Positions 41,361 through 55,900 of a DNA stretch of 64,000 bases are shown piece after piece; position 1 is the first letter of the stretch, and every line of letters begins with the position of its first letter. The notes beneath the pieces are model-generated. The model made no database searches, had not been told where the DNA came from, and saw only the letters and a list, made by a program, of their open reading frames with translations. The stretch is from Auanema rhodensis (lineage: Eukaryota; Animalia; Nematoda): positions 828,513-892,512 of the forward strand of contig CAXKVF010000077.1 in the NCBI GenBank assembly GCA_964057225.1, given 5' to 3'. Both the position numbers and the translations under genes were made by a program.

Positions 41361-44300
41361 TCACGTGAAGCGAGTTACATACCAAGTGCACATCACGTGT
41401 ACATTTAATTAGCATAAATTAAAGTTCACGTAAATTTCAAAGTCATGTTTACCATGAACCAATATCAATAAAAATTTGTTTTTAGACTAATATGGACATG
41501 GGGAATCTAATTTTGAAAACCGCATCTCTTTATCTTTCACGTGAAGCGAGTTACATACCAAGTGCACATCACGTGTACATTTAATTAGCATAAATTAAAG
41601 TTCACGTAAATTTCAAAGTCATGGTTACCATGCACCAATATCAATAAAAATTGGTTTTTAGACTAATATGGACATGGGGAATCTAATTTTGAAAACCGCA
41701 TCTCTTTATCTTTCACGTGAAGCGAGTTACATACCAAGTGCACATCACGTGTACATTTAATTAGCATAAATTAAAGTTCACGTAAATTTCAAAGTCATGT
41801 TTACCATGAACCAATATCAATAAAAATTTGTTTTTAGACTAATATGGACATAGGGAATCTAATTTTGAAAACCGCATCTCTTTATCTTTCACGTGAAGCG
41901 AGTTACATACCAAGTGCACATCACGTGTACATTTAATTAGCATAAATTAAAGTTCACGTAAATTTCAAAGTCATGGTTACCATGCACCAATATCAATAAA
42001 AATTGGTTTTTAGACTAATATGGACATGGGGAATCTAATTTCGAAAATCGCATCTCTTTATCTTTCACGTGAAGCGAGTTACATACCAAGTGCACATCAC
42101 GTGTACATTTAATTAGCATAAATTAAAGTTCACGTAAATTTCAAAGTCATGTTTACCATGAACCAATATCAATAAAAATTTGTTTTTAGACTAATATGGA
42201 CATGGGGAATCTAATTTTGAAAACCGCATCTCTTTATCTTTCACGTGAAGCGAGTTACATACCAAGTGCACATCACGTGTACATTTAATTAGCATAAATT
42301 AAAGTTCACGTAAATTTCAAAGTCATGGTTACCATGAACCAATATCAATAAAAATTTGTTTTTAGACTAATATGGACATGGGGAATCTAATTTTGAAAAC
42401 CGCATCTCTTTATCTTTCACGTGAAGCGAGTTACATACCAAGTGCACATCACGTGTACATTTAATTAGCATAAATTAAAGTTCACGTAAATTTCAAAGTC
42501 ATGGTTACCATGCACCAATATCAATAAAAATTGGTTTTTAGACTAATATGGACATGGGGAATCTAATTTTGAAAACCGCATCTCTTTATCTTTCACGTGA
42601 AGCGAGTTACATACCAAGTGCACATCACGTGTACATTTAATTAGCATAAATTAAAGTTCACGTAAATTTCAAAGTCATGGTTACCATGCACCAATATCAA
42701 TAAAAATTGGTTTTTAGACTAATATGGACATGGGGAATCTAATTTTAAAAACCGCATCTCTTTATCTTTCACGTGAAGCGAGTTACATACCAAGTGCACA
42801 TCACGTGTACATTTAATTAGCATAAATTAAAGTTCACGTAAATTTCAAAGTCATGTTTACCATGAACCAATATCAATAAAAATTTGTTTTTAGACTAATA
42901 TGGACATGGGGAATCTAATTTTGAAAACCGCATCTCTTTATCTTTCACGTGAAGCGAGTTACATACCAAGTGCACATCACGTGTACATTTAATTAGCATA
43001 AATTAAAGTTCACGTAAATTTCAAAGTCATGGTTACCATGAACCAATATCAATAAAAATTTGTTTTTAGACTAATATGGACATGGGGAATCTAATTTTGA
43101 AAACCGCATCTCTTTATCTTTCACGTGAAGCGAGTTACATACCAAGTGCACATCACGTGTACATTTAATTAGCATAAATTAAAGTTCACGTAAATTTCAA
43201 AGTCATGGTTACCATGCACCAATAACAATAAAAATTGGTTTTTAGACTAATATGGACATGGGGAATCTAATTTTAAAAACCGCATCTCTTTATCTTTCAC
43301 GTGAAGCGAGTTACATACCAAGTGCACATCACGTGTACATTTAATTAGCATAAATTAAAGTTCACGTAAATTTCAAAGTCATGTTTACCATGAACCAATA
43401 TCAATAAAAATTTGTTTTTAGACTAATATGGACATGGGGAATCTAATTTTGAAAACCGCATCTCTTTATCTTTCACGTGAAGCGAGTTACATACCAAGTG
43501 CACATCACGTGTACATTTAATTAGCATAAATTAAAGTTCACGTAAATTTCAAAGTCATGGTTACCATGAACCAATATCAATAAAAATTTGTTTTTAGACT
43601 AATATGGACATGGGGAATCTAATTTTGAAAACCGCATCTCTTTATCTTTCACGTGAAGCGAGTTACATACCAAGTGCACATCACGTGTACATTTAATTAG
43701 CATAAATTAAAGTTCACGTAAATTTCAAAGTCATGGTTACCATGCACCAATAACAATAAAAATTGGTTTTTAGACTAATATGGACATGGGGAATCTAATT
43801 TTGAAAACCGCATCTCTTTATCTTTCACGTGAAGCGAGTTACATACCAAGTGCACATCACGTGTACATTTAATTAGCATAAATTAAAGTTCACGTAAATT
43901 TCAAAGTCATGTTTACCATGAACCAATATCAATGAAAATTTGTTTTTAGACTAATATGGACATGGGGAATCTAATTTTGAAAACCGCATCTCTTTATCTT
44001 TCACGTGAAGCGAGTTACATACAAATTGCACATCACGTGTACATTTAATTAGCATAAATTAAAGTTCACGTAAATTTCAAAGTCATGGTTACCATGAACC
44101 AATATCAATAAAAATTTGTTTTTAGACTAATATGGACATGGGGAATCTAATTTTGAAAACCGCATCTCTTTATCTTTCACGTGAAGCGAGTTACATACCA
44201 AGTGCACATCACGTGTACATTTAATTAGCATAAATTAAAGTTCACGTAAATTTCAAAGTCATGGTTACCATGCACCAATATCAATAAAAATTTGTTTTTA

Positions 44301-47300
44301 GACTAATATGGACATGGGGAATCTAATTTTGAAAACCGCATCTCTTTATCTTTCACGTGAAGCGAGTTACATACCAAGTGCACATCACGTGTACATTTAA
44401 TTAGCATAAATTAAAGTTCACGTAAATTTCAAAGTCATGGTTACCATGCACCAATAACAATAAAAATTGGTTTTTAGACTAATATGGACATGGGGAATCT
44501 AATTTTGAAAACCGCATCTCCTTATCTTTCACGTGAAGCGAGTTACATACCAAGTGCACATCACGTGTACATTTAATTAGCATAAATTAAAGTTCACGTA
44601 AATTTCAAAGTCATGGTTACCATGAACCAATATCAATAAAAATTTGTTTTTAGACTAATATGGACATGGGGAATCTAATTTTGAAAACCGCATCTCTTTA
44701 TCTTTTACGTGAAGCGAGTTACATACCAAGTGCACATCACGTGTACATTTAATTAGCATAAATTAAAGTTCACGTAAATTTCAAAGTCATGGTTACCATG
44801 CACCAATATCAATAAAAATTGGTTTTTAGACTAATATGGACATGGGGAATCTAATTTTGAAAAGCGCATCTCTTTATCTTTCACGTGAAGCGAGTTACAT
44901 ACCAAGTGCACATCACGTGTACATTTAATTAGCATAAATTAAAGTTCACGTAAATTTCAAAGTCATGTTTACCATGAACCAATATCAATAAAAATTTGTT
45001 TTTAGACTAATATGGACATGGGGAATCTAATTTTGAAAACCGCATCTCTTTATCTTTCACGTGAAGCGAGTTACATACCAAGTGCACATCACGTGTACAT
45101 TTAATTAGCATAAATTAAAGTTCACGTAAATTTCAAAGTCATGGTTACCATGAACCAATATCAATAAAAATTTGTTTTTAGACTAATATGGACATGGGGA
45201 ATCTAATTTTGAAAACCGCATCTCTTTATCTTTCACGTGAAGCGAGTTACATACCAAGTGCACATCACGTGTACATTTAATTAGCATAAATTAAAGTTCA
45301 CGTAAATTTCAAAGTCATGGTTACCATGCACCAATATCAATAAAAATTGGTTTTTAGACTAATATGGACATGGGGAATCTAATTTTGAAAACCGCATCTC
45401 TTTATCTTTTACGTGAAGCGAGTTACATACCAAGTGCACATCACGTGTACATTTAATTAGCATAAATTAAAGTTCACGTAAATTTCAAAGTCATGGTTAC
45501 CATGCACCAATATCAATAAAAATTGGTTTTTAGACTAATATGGACATGGGGAATCTAATTTTGAAAAGCGCATCTCTTTATCTTTCACGTGAAGCGAGTT
45601 ACATACCAAGTGCACATCACGTGTACATTTAATTAGCATAAATTAAAGTTCACGTAAATTTCAAAGTCATGTTTACCATGAACCAATATCAATAAAAATT
45701 TGTTTTTAGACTAATATGGACATGGGGAATCTAATTTTGAAAACCGCATCTCTTTATCTTTCACGTGAAGCGAGTTACATACCAAGTGCACATCACGTGT
45801 ACATTTAATTAGCATAAATTAAAGTTCACGTAAATTTCAAAGTCATGGTTACCATGAACCAATATCAATAAAAATTTGTTTTTAGACTAATATGGACATG
45901 GGGAATCTAATTTTGAAAACCGCATCTCTTTATCTTTCACGTGAAGCGAGTTACATACCAAGTGCACATCACGTGTACATTTAATTAGCATAAATTAAAG
46001 TTCACGTAAATTTCAAAGTCATGGTTACCATGCACCAATATCAATAAAAATTGTATTTTTAGACTAATATGGACATGGGGAATCTAATTTTGAAAACCGC
46101 ATCTCTTTATCTTTCACGTGAAGCGAGTTACATACCAAGTGCACATCACGTGTACATTTAATTAGCATAAATTAAAGTTCACGTAAATTTCAAAGTCATG
46201 TTTACTATGAACCAATATCAATAAAAATTTGTTTTTAGACTAATATGGACATGGGGAATCTAATTTTGAAAACCGCATCTCTTTATCTTTCACGTGAAGC
46301 GAGTTACATACCAAGTGCACATCACGTGTACATTTAATTAGCATAAATTAAAGTTCACGTAAATTTCAAAGTCATGTTTACTATGAACCAATATCAATAA
46401 AAATTTGTTTTTAGACTAATATGGACATGGGGAATCTAATTTTGAAAACCGCATCTCTTTATCTTTCACGTGAAGCGAGTTACATACCAAGTGCACATCA
46501 CGTGTACATTTAATTAGCATAAATTAAAGTTCACGTAAATTTCAAAGTCATGGTTACCATGAACCAATATCAATAAAAATTTGTTTTTAGACTAATATGG
46601 ACATGGGGAATCTAATTTTGAAAACCGCATCTCTTTATCTTTCACGTGAAGCGAGTTACATACCAAGTGCACATCACGTGTACATTTAATTAGCATAAAT
46701 TAAAGTTCACGTAAATTTCAAAGTCTTGGTTACCATGCACCAATATCAATAAAAATTGGTTTTTAGACTAATATGGACATGGGGAATCTAATTTTGAAAA
46801 CCGCATCTCTTTATCTTTCACGTGAAGCGAGTTACATACCAAGTGCACATCACGTGTACATTTAATTAGCATAAATTAAAGTTCACGTAAATTTCAAAGT
46901 CATGTTTACCATGAACCAATATCAATAAAAATTTGTTTTTAGACTAATATGGACATGGGGAATCTAATTTTGAAAACCGCATCTCTTTATCTTTCACGTG
47001 AAGCGAGTTACATACCAAGTGCACATCACGTGTACATTTAATTAGCATAAATTAAAGTTCACGTAAATTTCAAAGTCATGGTTACCATGAACCAATATCA
47101 ATAAAAATTTGTTTTTAGACTAATATGGACATGGGGAATCTAATTTTGAAAACCGCATCTCTTTATCTTTCACGTGAAGCGAGTTACATACCAAGTGCAC
47201 ATCACGTGTACATTTAATTAGCATAAATTAAAGTTCACGTAAATTTCAAAGTCATGGTTACCATGCACCAATATCAATAAAAATTGGTTTTTAGACTAAT

Positions 47301-50300
47301 ATGGACATGGGGAATCTAATTTTGAAAACCGCATCTCTTTATCTTTCACGTGAAGCGAGTTACATACCAAGTGCACATCACGTGTACATTTAATTAGCAT
47401 AAATTAAAGTTCACGTAAATTTCAAAGTCATGGTTACCATGAACCAATATCAATAAAAATTTGTTTTTAGACTAATATGGACATGGGGAATCTAATTTTG
47501 AAAACCGCATCTCTTTATCTTTCACGTGAAGCGAGTTACATACCAAGTGCACATCACGTGTACATTTAATTAGCATAAATTAAAGTTCACGTAAATTTCA
47601 AAGTCATGGTTACCATGAACCAATATCAATAAAAATTTGTTTTTAGACTAATATGGACATGGGGAATCTAATTTTGAAAACCGCATCTCTTTATCTTTCA
47701 CGTGAAGCGAGTTACATACCAAGTGCACATCACGTGTACATTTAATTAGCATAAATTAAAGTTCACGTAAATTTCAAAGTCATGGTTACCATGAACCAAT
47801 ATCAATAAAAATTTGTTTTTAGACTAATATGGACATGGGGAATCTAATTTTGAAAACCGCATCTCTTTATCTTTCACGTGAAGCGAGTTACATACCGAGT
47901 GCACATCACGTGTACATTTAATTAGCATAAATTAAAGTTCACGTAAATTTCAAAGTCATGTTTACCATGAACCAATATCAATAAAAATTTGTTTTTAGAC
48001 TAATATGGACATGAAGAATCTAATTTTGAAAACCGCATCTCTTTATCTTTCACGTGAAGCGAGTTACATACCAAGTGCACATCACGTGTACATTTAATTA
48101 GCATAAATTAAAGTTCACGTAAATTTCAAAGTCATGGTTACCATGAACCAATATCAATAAAAATTTGTTTTTAGACTAATATGGACATGGGGAATCTAAT
48201 TTTGAAAACCGCATCTCTTTATCTTTCACGTGAAGCGAGTTACATACCAAGTGCACATCACGTGTACATTTAATTAGCATAAATTAAAGTTCACGTAAAT
48301 TTCAAAGTCATGGTTACCATGCACCAATATCAATAAAAATTTGTTTTTAGACTAATATGGACATGGGGAATCTAATTTTGAAAACCGCATCTCTTTATCT
48401 TTCACGTGAAGCGAGTTACATACCAAGTGCACATCACGTGTACATTTAATTAGCATAAATTAAAGTTCACGTAAATTTCAAAGTCATGGTTACCATGAAC
48501 CAATATCAATAAAAATTTGTTTTTAGACTAATATGGACATGGGGAATCTAATTGTGAAAACCGCATCTCTTTATCTTTCACGTGAAGCGAGTTACATACC
48601 AAGTGCACATCACGTGTACATTTAATTAGCATAAATTAAAGTTCACGTAAATTTCAAAGTCATGTTTACCATGAACCAATATCAATAAAAATTTGTTTTT
48701 AGACTAATATGGACATGGGGAATCTAATTTTGAAAACCGCATCTCTTTATCTTTCACGTGAAGCGAGTTACATACCAAGTGCACATCACGTGTACATTTA
48801 ATTAGCATAAATTAAAGTTCACGTAAATTTCAAAGTCATGGTTACCATGCACCAATATCAATAAAAATTGGTTTTTAGACTAATATGGACATGGGGAATC
48901 TAATTTTGAAAACCGCATCTCTTTATCTTTCACGTGAAGCGAGTTACATACCAAGTGCACATCACGTGTACATTTAATTAGCATAAATTAAAGTTCACGT
49001 AAATTTCAAAGTCATGTTTACCATGAACCAATATCAATAAAAATTTGTTTTTAGACTAATATGGACATGGGGAATCTAATTTTGAAAACCGCATCTCTTT
49101 ATCTTTCACGTGAAGCGAGTTACATACCAAGTGCACATCACGTGTACATTTAATTAGCATAAATTAAAGTTCACGTAAATTTCAAAGTCATGGTTACCAT
49201 GAACCAATATCAATAAAAATTTGTTTTTAGACTAATATGGACATGGGGAATCTAATTTTGAAAACCGCATCTCTTTATCTTTCACGTGAAGCGAGTTACA
49301 TACCAAGTGCGCATCACGTGTACATTTAATTAGCATAAATTAAAGTTCACGTAAATTTCAAAGTCGTGGTTACCATGCACCAATATCAATAAAAATTGGT
49401 TTTTAGACTAATATGGACATGGGGAATCTAATTTTGAAAACCGCATCTCTTTAACTTTCACGTGAAGCGAGTTACATACCAAGTGCACATCACGTGTACA
49501 TTTAATTAGCATAAATTAAAGTTCACGTAAATTTCAAAGTCATGTTTACCATGAACCAATATCAATAAAAATTTGTTTTTAGACTAATATGGACATGGGG
49601 AATCTAATTTTGAAAACCGCATCTCTTTATCTTTCACGTGAAGCGAGTTACATACCAAGTGCACATCACGTGTACATTTAATTAGCATAAATTAAAGTTC
49701 ACGTAAATTTCAAAGTCATGGTTACCATGAACCAATATCAATAAAAATTTGTTTTTAGACTAATATGGACATGGGGAATCTAATTTTGAAAACCGCATCT
49801 CTTTATCTTTCACGTGAAGCGAGTTACATACCAAGTGCACATCACGTGTACATTTAATTAGCATAAATTAAAGTTCACGTAAATTTCAAAGTCGTGGTTA
49901 CCATGCACCAATATCAATAAAAATTGGTTTTTAGACTAATATGGACATGGGGAATCTAATTTTGAAAACCGCATCTCTTTAACTTTCACGTGAAGCGAGT
50001 TACATACCAAGTGCACATCACGTGTACATTTAATTAGCATAAATTAAAGTTCACGTAAATTTCAAAGTCATGGTTACCATGAACCAATATCAATAAAAAT
50101 TTGTTTTTAGACTAATATGGACATGGGGAATCTAATTTTGAAAACCGCATCTCTTTATCTTTCACGTGAAGCGAGTTACATACCAAGTGCACATCACGTG
50201 TACATTTAATTAGCATAAATTAAAGTTCACGTAAATTTCAAAGTCATGGTTACCATGCACCAATATCAATAAAAATTGGTTTTTAGACTAATATGGACAT

Positions 50301-50700
50301 GGGGAATCTAATTTTGAAAACCGCATCTCTTTATCTTTCACGTGAAGCGAGTTACATACCAAGTGCACATCACGTGTACATTTAATTAGCATAAATTAAA
50401 GTTCACGTAAATTTCAAAGTCATGTTTACCATGAACCAATATCAATAAAAATTTGTTTTTAGACTAATATGGACATGGGGAATCTAATTTTGAAAACCGC
50501 ATCTCTTTATCTTTCACGTGAAGCGAGTTACATACCAAGTGCACATCACGTGTACATTTAATTAGCATAAATTAAAGTTCACGTAAATTTCAAAGTCATG
50601 GTTACCATGCACCAATATCAATAAAAATTGGTTTTTAGACTAATATGGACATGGGGAATCTAATTTTGAAAACCGCATCTCTTTATCTTTCACGTGAAGC
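41361..50700 (+). repeat. Subdomain with incipient short-period (2-4-mer, often trimer) HOR
   Basis: A recurring order of [C97+G117] monomer, [T88] monomer, [consensus] monomer. Private variants pair at 528 bp (42747/43275, 43225/43753, 49366/49894, 49454/49982) and at 704 bp (44706/45410, 44864/45568). Confidence 0.75.
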
Positions 50701-50865
50701 GAGTTACATACCAAGTGCACATCACGTGTACATTTAATTAGCATAAATTAAAGTTCACGTAAATTTCAAAGTCATGGTTACCATGAACCAATATCAATAA
50801 AAATTTGTTTTTAGACTAATATGGACATGGGGAATCTAATTTTGAAAACCGCATCTATTTATCTT

Positions 50866-52977
50866 TCACGTGAAGCGAGTTACATACCAAGTGCACATCA
50901 CGTGTACATTTAATTTGCATAAATTAAAGTTCACGTAAATTTCAAAGTCATGGTTACCATGAACCAATATCAATAAAAATTTGTTTTTAGACTAATATGG
51001 ACATGGGGAATCTAATTTTGAAAACCGCATCTCTTTATCTTTCACGTGAAGCGAGTTACATACCAAGTGCACATCACGTGTACATTTAATTAGCATAAAT
51101 TAAAGTTCACGTAAATTTCAAAGTCATGGTTACCATGCACCAATATCAATCAAAATTGGTTTTTAGACTAATATGGACATGGGGAATCTAATTTCGAAAA
51201 CAGCATCTCTTTATCTTTCACGTGAAGCGAGTTACATACCAAGTGCACATCACGTGTACATTTAATTAGCATAAATTAAAGTTCACGTAAATTTCAAAGT
51301 CATGTTTACCATGAACCAATATCAATAAAAATTTGTTTTTAGGCTAATATGGACATGGGGAATCTAATTTTGAAAACCGCATCTCTTTATCTTTCAGGTG
51401 AAGCGAGTTACATACCAAGTGCACATCACGTGTACATTTAATTAGCATAAATTAAAGTTCACGTAAATTTCAAAGTCATGGTTACCATGAACCAATATCA
51501 ATCAAAATTGGTTTTTAGACTAATATGGACATGGGGAATCTAATTTTGAAAACCGCATCTCTTTATCTTTCACGTGAAGCGAGTTACATACCAAGTGCAC
51601 ATCACGTGTACATTTAATTAGCATAAATTAAAGTTCACGTAAATTTCAAAGTCATGTTTATCATGAACCAATATCAATAAAAATTTGTTTTTAGACTAAT
51701 ATGGACATGGGGAATCTAATTTTGAAAACCGCATCTCTTTATCTTTCACGTGAAGCGAGTTACATACCAAGTGCACATCACGTGTACATTTAATTAGCAT
51801 AAATTAAAGTTCACGTAAATTTCAAAGTCATAGTTACCATGAACCAATATCAATAAAAATTTGTTTTTAGACTAATATGGACATGGGGAATCTAATTTTG
51901 AAAACCGCATCTCTTTATCTTTCACGTGAAGCGAGTTACATACCAAGTGCACATCACGTGTACATTTAATTAGCATAAATTAAAGTTCACGTAAATTTCA
52001 AAGTCATGGTTACCATGAACCAATATCAATAAAAATTTGTTTTTAGACTAATATGGACATGGGGAATCTAATTTTGAAAACCGCATCTCTTTATCTTTCA
52101 CGTGAAGCGAGTTACATACCAAGTGCACATCACGTGTACATTTAATTAGCATAAATTAAAGTTCACGTAAATTTCAAAGTCATGGTTACCATGCACCAAT
52201 ATCAATCAAAATTGGTTTTTAGACTAATATGGACATGGGGAATCTAATTTCGAAAACAGCATCTCTTTATCTTTCACGTGAAGCGAGTTACATACCAAGT
52301 GCACATCACGTGTACATTTAATTAGCATAAATTAAAGTTCACGTAAATTTCAAAGTCATGTTTACCATGAACCAATATCAATAAAAATTTGTTTTTAGGC
52401 TAATATGGACATGGGGAATCTAATTTTGAAAACCGCATCTCTTTATCTTTCACGTGAAGCGAGTTACATACCAAGTGCACATCACGTGTACATTTAATTA
52501 GCATAAATTAAAGTTCACGTAAATTTCAAAGTCATGGTTACCATGCACCAATATCAATCAAAATTGGTTTTTAGACTAATATGGACATGGGGAATCTAAT
52601 TTTGAAAACCGCATCTCTTTATCTTTCACGTGAAGCGAGTTACATACCAAGTGCACATCACGTGTACATTTAATTAGCATAAATTAAAGTTCACGTAAAT
52701 TTCAAAGTCATGTTTATCATGAACCAATATCAATAAAAATTTGTTTTTAGACTAATATGGACATGGGGAATCTAATTTTGAAAACCGCATCTCTTTATCT
52801 TTCACGTGAAGCGAGTTACATACCAAGTGCACATCACGTGTACATTTAATTAGCATAAATTAAAGTTCACGTAAATTTCAAAGTCATAGTTACCATGAAC
52901 CAATATCAATAAAAATTTGTTTTTAGACTAATATGGACATGGGGAATCTAATTTTGAAAACCGCATCTCTTTATCTT
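50866..52977 (+). repeat. Tandem duplication of a 6-monomer (1056-bp) unit
   Basis: Paired variants at 51151/52207, 51195/52251, 51343/52399, 51661/52717 and 51832/52888. Confidence 0.9.
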
Positions 52978-55900
52978 TCACGTGAAGCGAGTTACATACC
53001 AAGTGCACATCACGTGTACATTTAATTAGCATAAATTAAAGTTCACGTAAATTTCAAAGTCATGGTTACCATGAACCAATATCAATAAAATTTGTTTTAG
53101 ACTAATATGGACATGGGAATCTAATTTGAAAACCGCATCTCTTTATCTTTCACGTGAAGCGAGTTACATACAAAGTGCACATCACGTGTACATTTAATTA
53201 GCATAAATTAAAGTTCACGTAAATTTCAAAGTCATGGTTACCATGAACCAATATCAATAAAAATTTGTTTTTAGACTAATATGGACATGGGGAATCTAAT
53301 TTTGAAAACCGCATCTCTTTATCTTTCACGTGAAGCGAGTTACATACCAAGTGCACATCACGTGTACATTTAATTAGCATAAATTAAAGTTCACGTAAAT
53401 TTCAAAGTCATGTTTACCATGAACCAATATCAATAAAAATTTGTTTTTAGACTAATATCGACATGGGGAATCTAATTTTGAAAACCGCATCTCTTTATCT
53501 TTCACGTGAAGCGAGTTACATACCAAGTGCACATCACGTGTACATTTAATTAGCATAAATTAAAGTTCACGTAAATTTCAAAGTCATGTTTACTATGAAC
53601 CAATATCAATAAAAATTTGTTTTTAGACTAATATGGACATGGGGAATCTAATTTTGAAAACCGCATCTCTTTATCTTTCACGTGAAGCGAGTTACATACC
53701 AAGTGCACATCACGTGTACATTTAATTAGCATAAATTAAAGTTCACGTAAATTTCAAAGTCATAGTTACCATGAACCAATATCAATAAAAATTTGTTTTT
53801 AGACTAATATGGACATGGGGAATCTAATTTTGAAAACCGCATCTCTTTATCTTTCACGTGAAGCGAGTTACATACCAAGTGCACATCACGTGTACATTTA
53901 ATTAGCATAAATTAAAGTTCACGTAAATTTCAAAGTCATGGTTACCATGAACCAATATCAATAAAAATTTGTTTTTAGACTAATATGGACATGGGGAATC
54001 TAATTTTGAAAACCGCATCTCTTTATCTTTCACGTGAAGCGAGTTACATACAAAGTGCACATCACGTGTACATTTAATTAGCATAAATTAAAGTTCACGT
54101 AAATTTCAAAGTCATGGTTACCATGAACCAATATCAATAAAAATTTGTTTTTAGACTAATATGGACATGGGGAATCTAATTTTGAAAACCGCATCTTTTT
54201 ATCTTTCACGTGAAGCGAGTTACATACCAAGTGCACATCACGTGTACATTTAATTAGCATAAATTAAAGTTCACGTAGATTTCAAAGTCATGGTTACCAT
54301 GAACCAATATCAATAAAAATTTGTTTTTAGACTAATATCGACATGGGGAATCTAATTTTGAAAACCGCATCTCTTTATCTTTCACGTGAAGCGAGTTACA
54401 TACCAAGTGCACATCACGTGTACATTTAATTAGCATAAATTAAAGTTCACGTAAATTTCAAAGTCATGTTTACAATGAACCAATATCAATAAAAATTTGT
54501 TTTTAGACTAATATGGACATGGGGAATCTAATTTTGAAAACCGCATCTCTTTATCTTTCACGTGAAGCGAGTTACATACCAAGTGCACATCACGTGTACA
54601 TTTAATTAGCATAAATTAAAGTTCACGTAAATTTCAAAGTCATGTTTACCATGAACCAATATCAATAAAAATTTGTTTTTAGACTAATATGGACATGGGG
54701 AATCTAATTTTGAAAACCGCATCTCTTTATCTTTCACGTGAAGCGAGTTACATACCAAGTGCACATCACGTGTACATTTAATTAGCATAAATTAAAGTTC
54801 ACGTAAATTTCAAAGTCATGTTTACCATGAACCAATATCAATAAAAATTTGTTTTAGACTAATATGGACATGGGGAATCTAATTTTGAAAACCGCATCTC
54901 TTTATCTTTCACGTGAAGCGAGTTACATACCAAGTGCACATCACGTGTACATTTAATTAGCATAAATTAAAGTTCACGTAAATTTCAAAGTCATGGTTAC
55001 CATGCACCAATATCAATAAAAATTTGTTTTTAGACTAATATGGACATGGGGAATCTAATTTTGAAAACCGCATCTCTTTATCTTTCACGTGAAGCGAGTT
55101 ACATACCAAGTGCACATCACGTGTACATTTAATTAGCATAAATTAAAGTTCACGTAAATTTCAAAGTCATGTTTACCATGAACCAATATCAATAAAAATT
55201 TGTTTTTAGACTAATATGGACATGGGGAATCTAATTTTGAAAACCGCATCTCTTTATCTTTCACGTGAAGCGAGTTACATACCAAGTGCACATCACGTGT
55301 ACATTTAATTAGCATAAATTAAAGTTCACGTAAATTTCAAAGTCATGGTTACCATGAACCAATATCAATAAAAATTTGTTTTTAGACTAATATGGACATG
55401 GGGAATCTAATTTTGAAAACCGCATCTCTTTATCTTTCACGTGAAGCGAGTTACATACCAAGTGCACATCACGTGTACATTTAATTAGCATAAATTAAAG
55501 TTCACGTAAATTTCAAAGTCATGGTTACCATGAACCAATATCAATAAAAATTGTTTTTAGACTAATATGGACATGGGGAATCTAATTTTGAAAACCGCAT
55601 CTCTTTATCTTTCACGTGAAGCGAGTTACATACCAAGTGCACATCACGTGTACATTTAATTAGCATAAATTAAAGTTCACGTAAAATTCAAAGTCATGTT
55701 TACCATGAACCAATATCAATAAAAATTTGTTTTTAGACTAATATGGACATGGGGAATCTAATTTTGAAAACCGCATCTCTTTATCTTTCACGTGAAGCGA
55801 GTTACATACCAAGTGCACATCACGTGTACATTTAATTAGCATAAATTAAAGTTCACGTAAATTTCAAAGTCATGGTTACCATGAACCAATATCAATAAAA

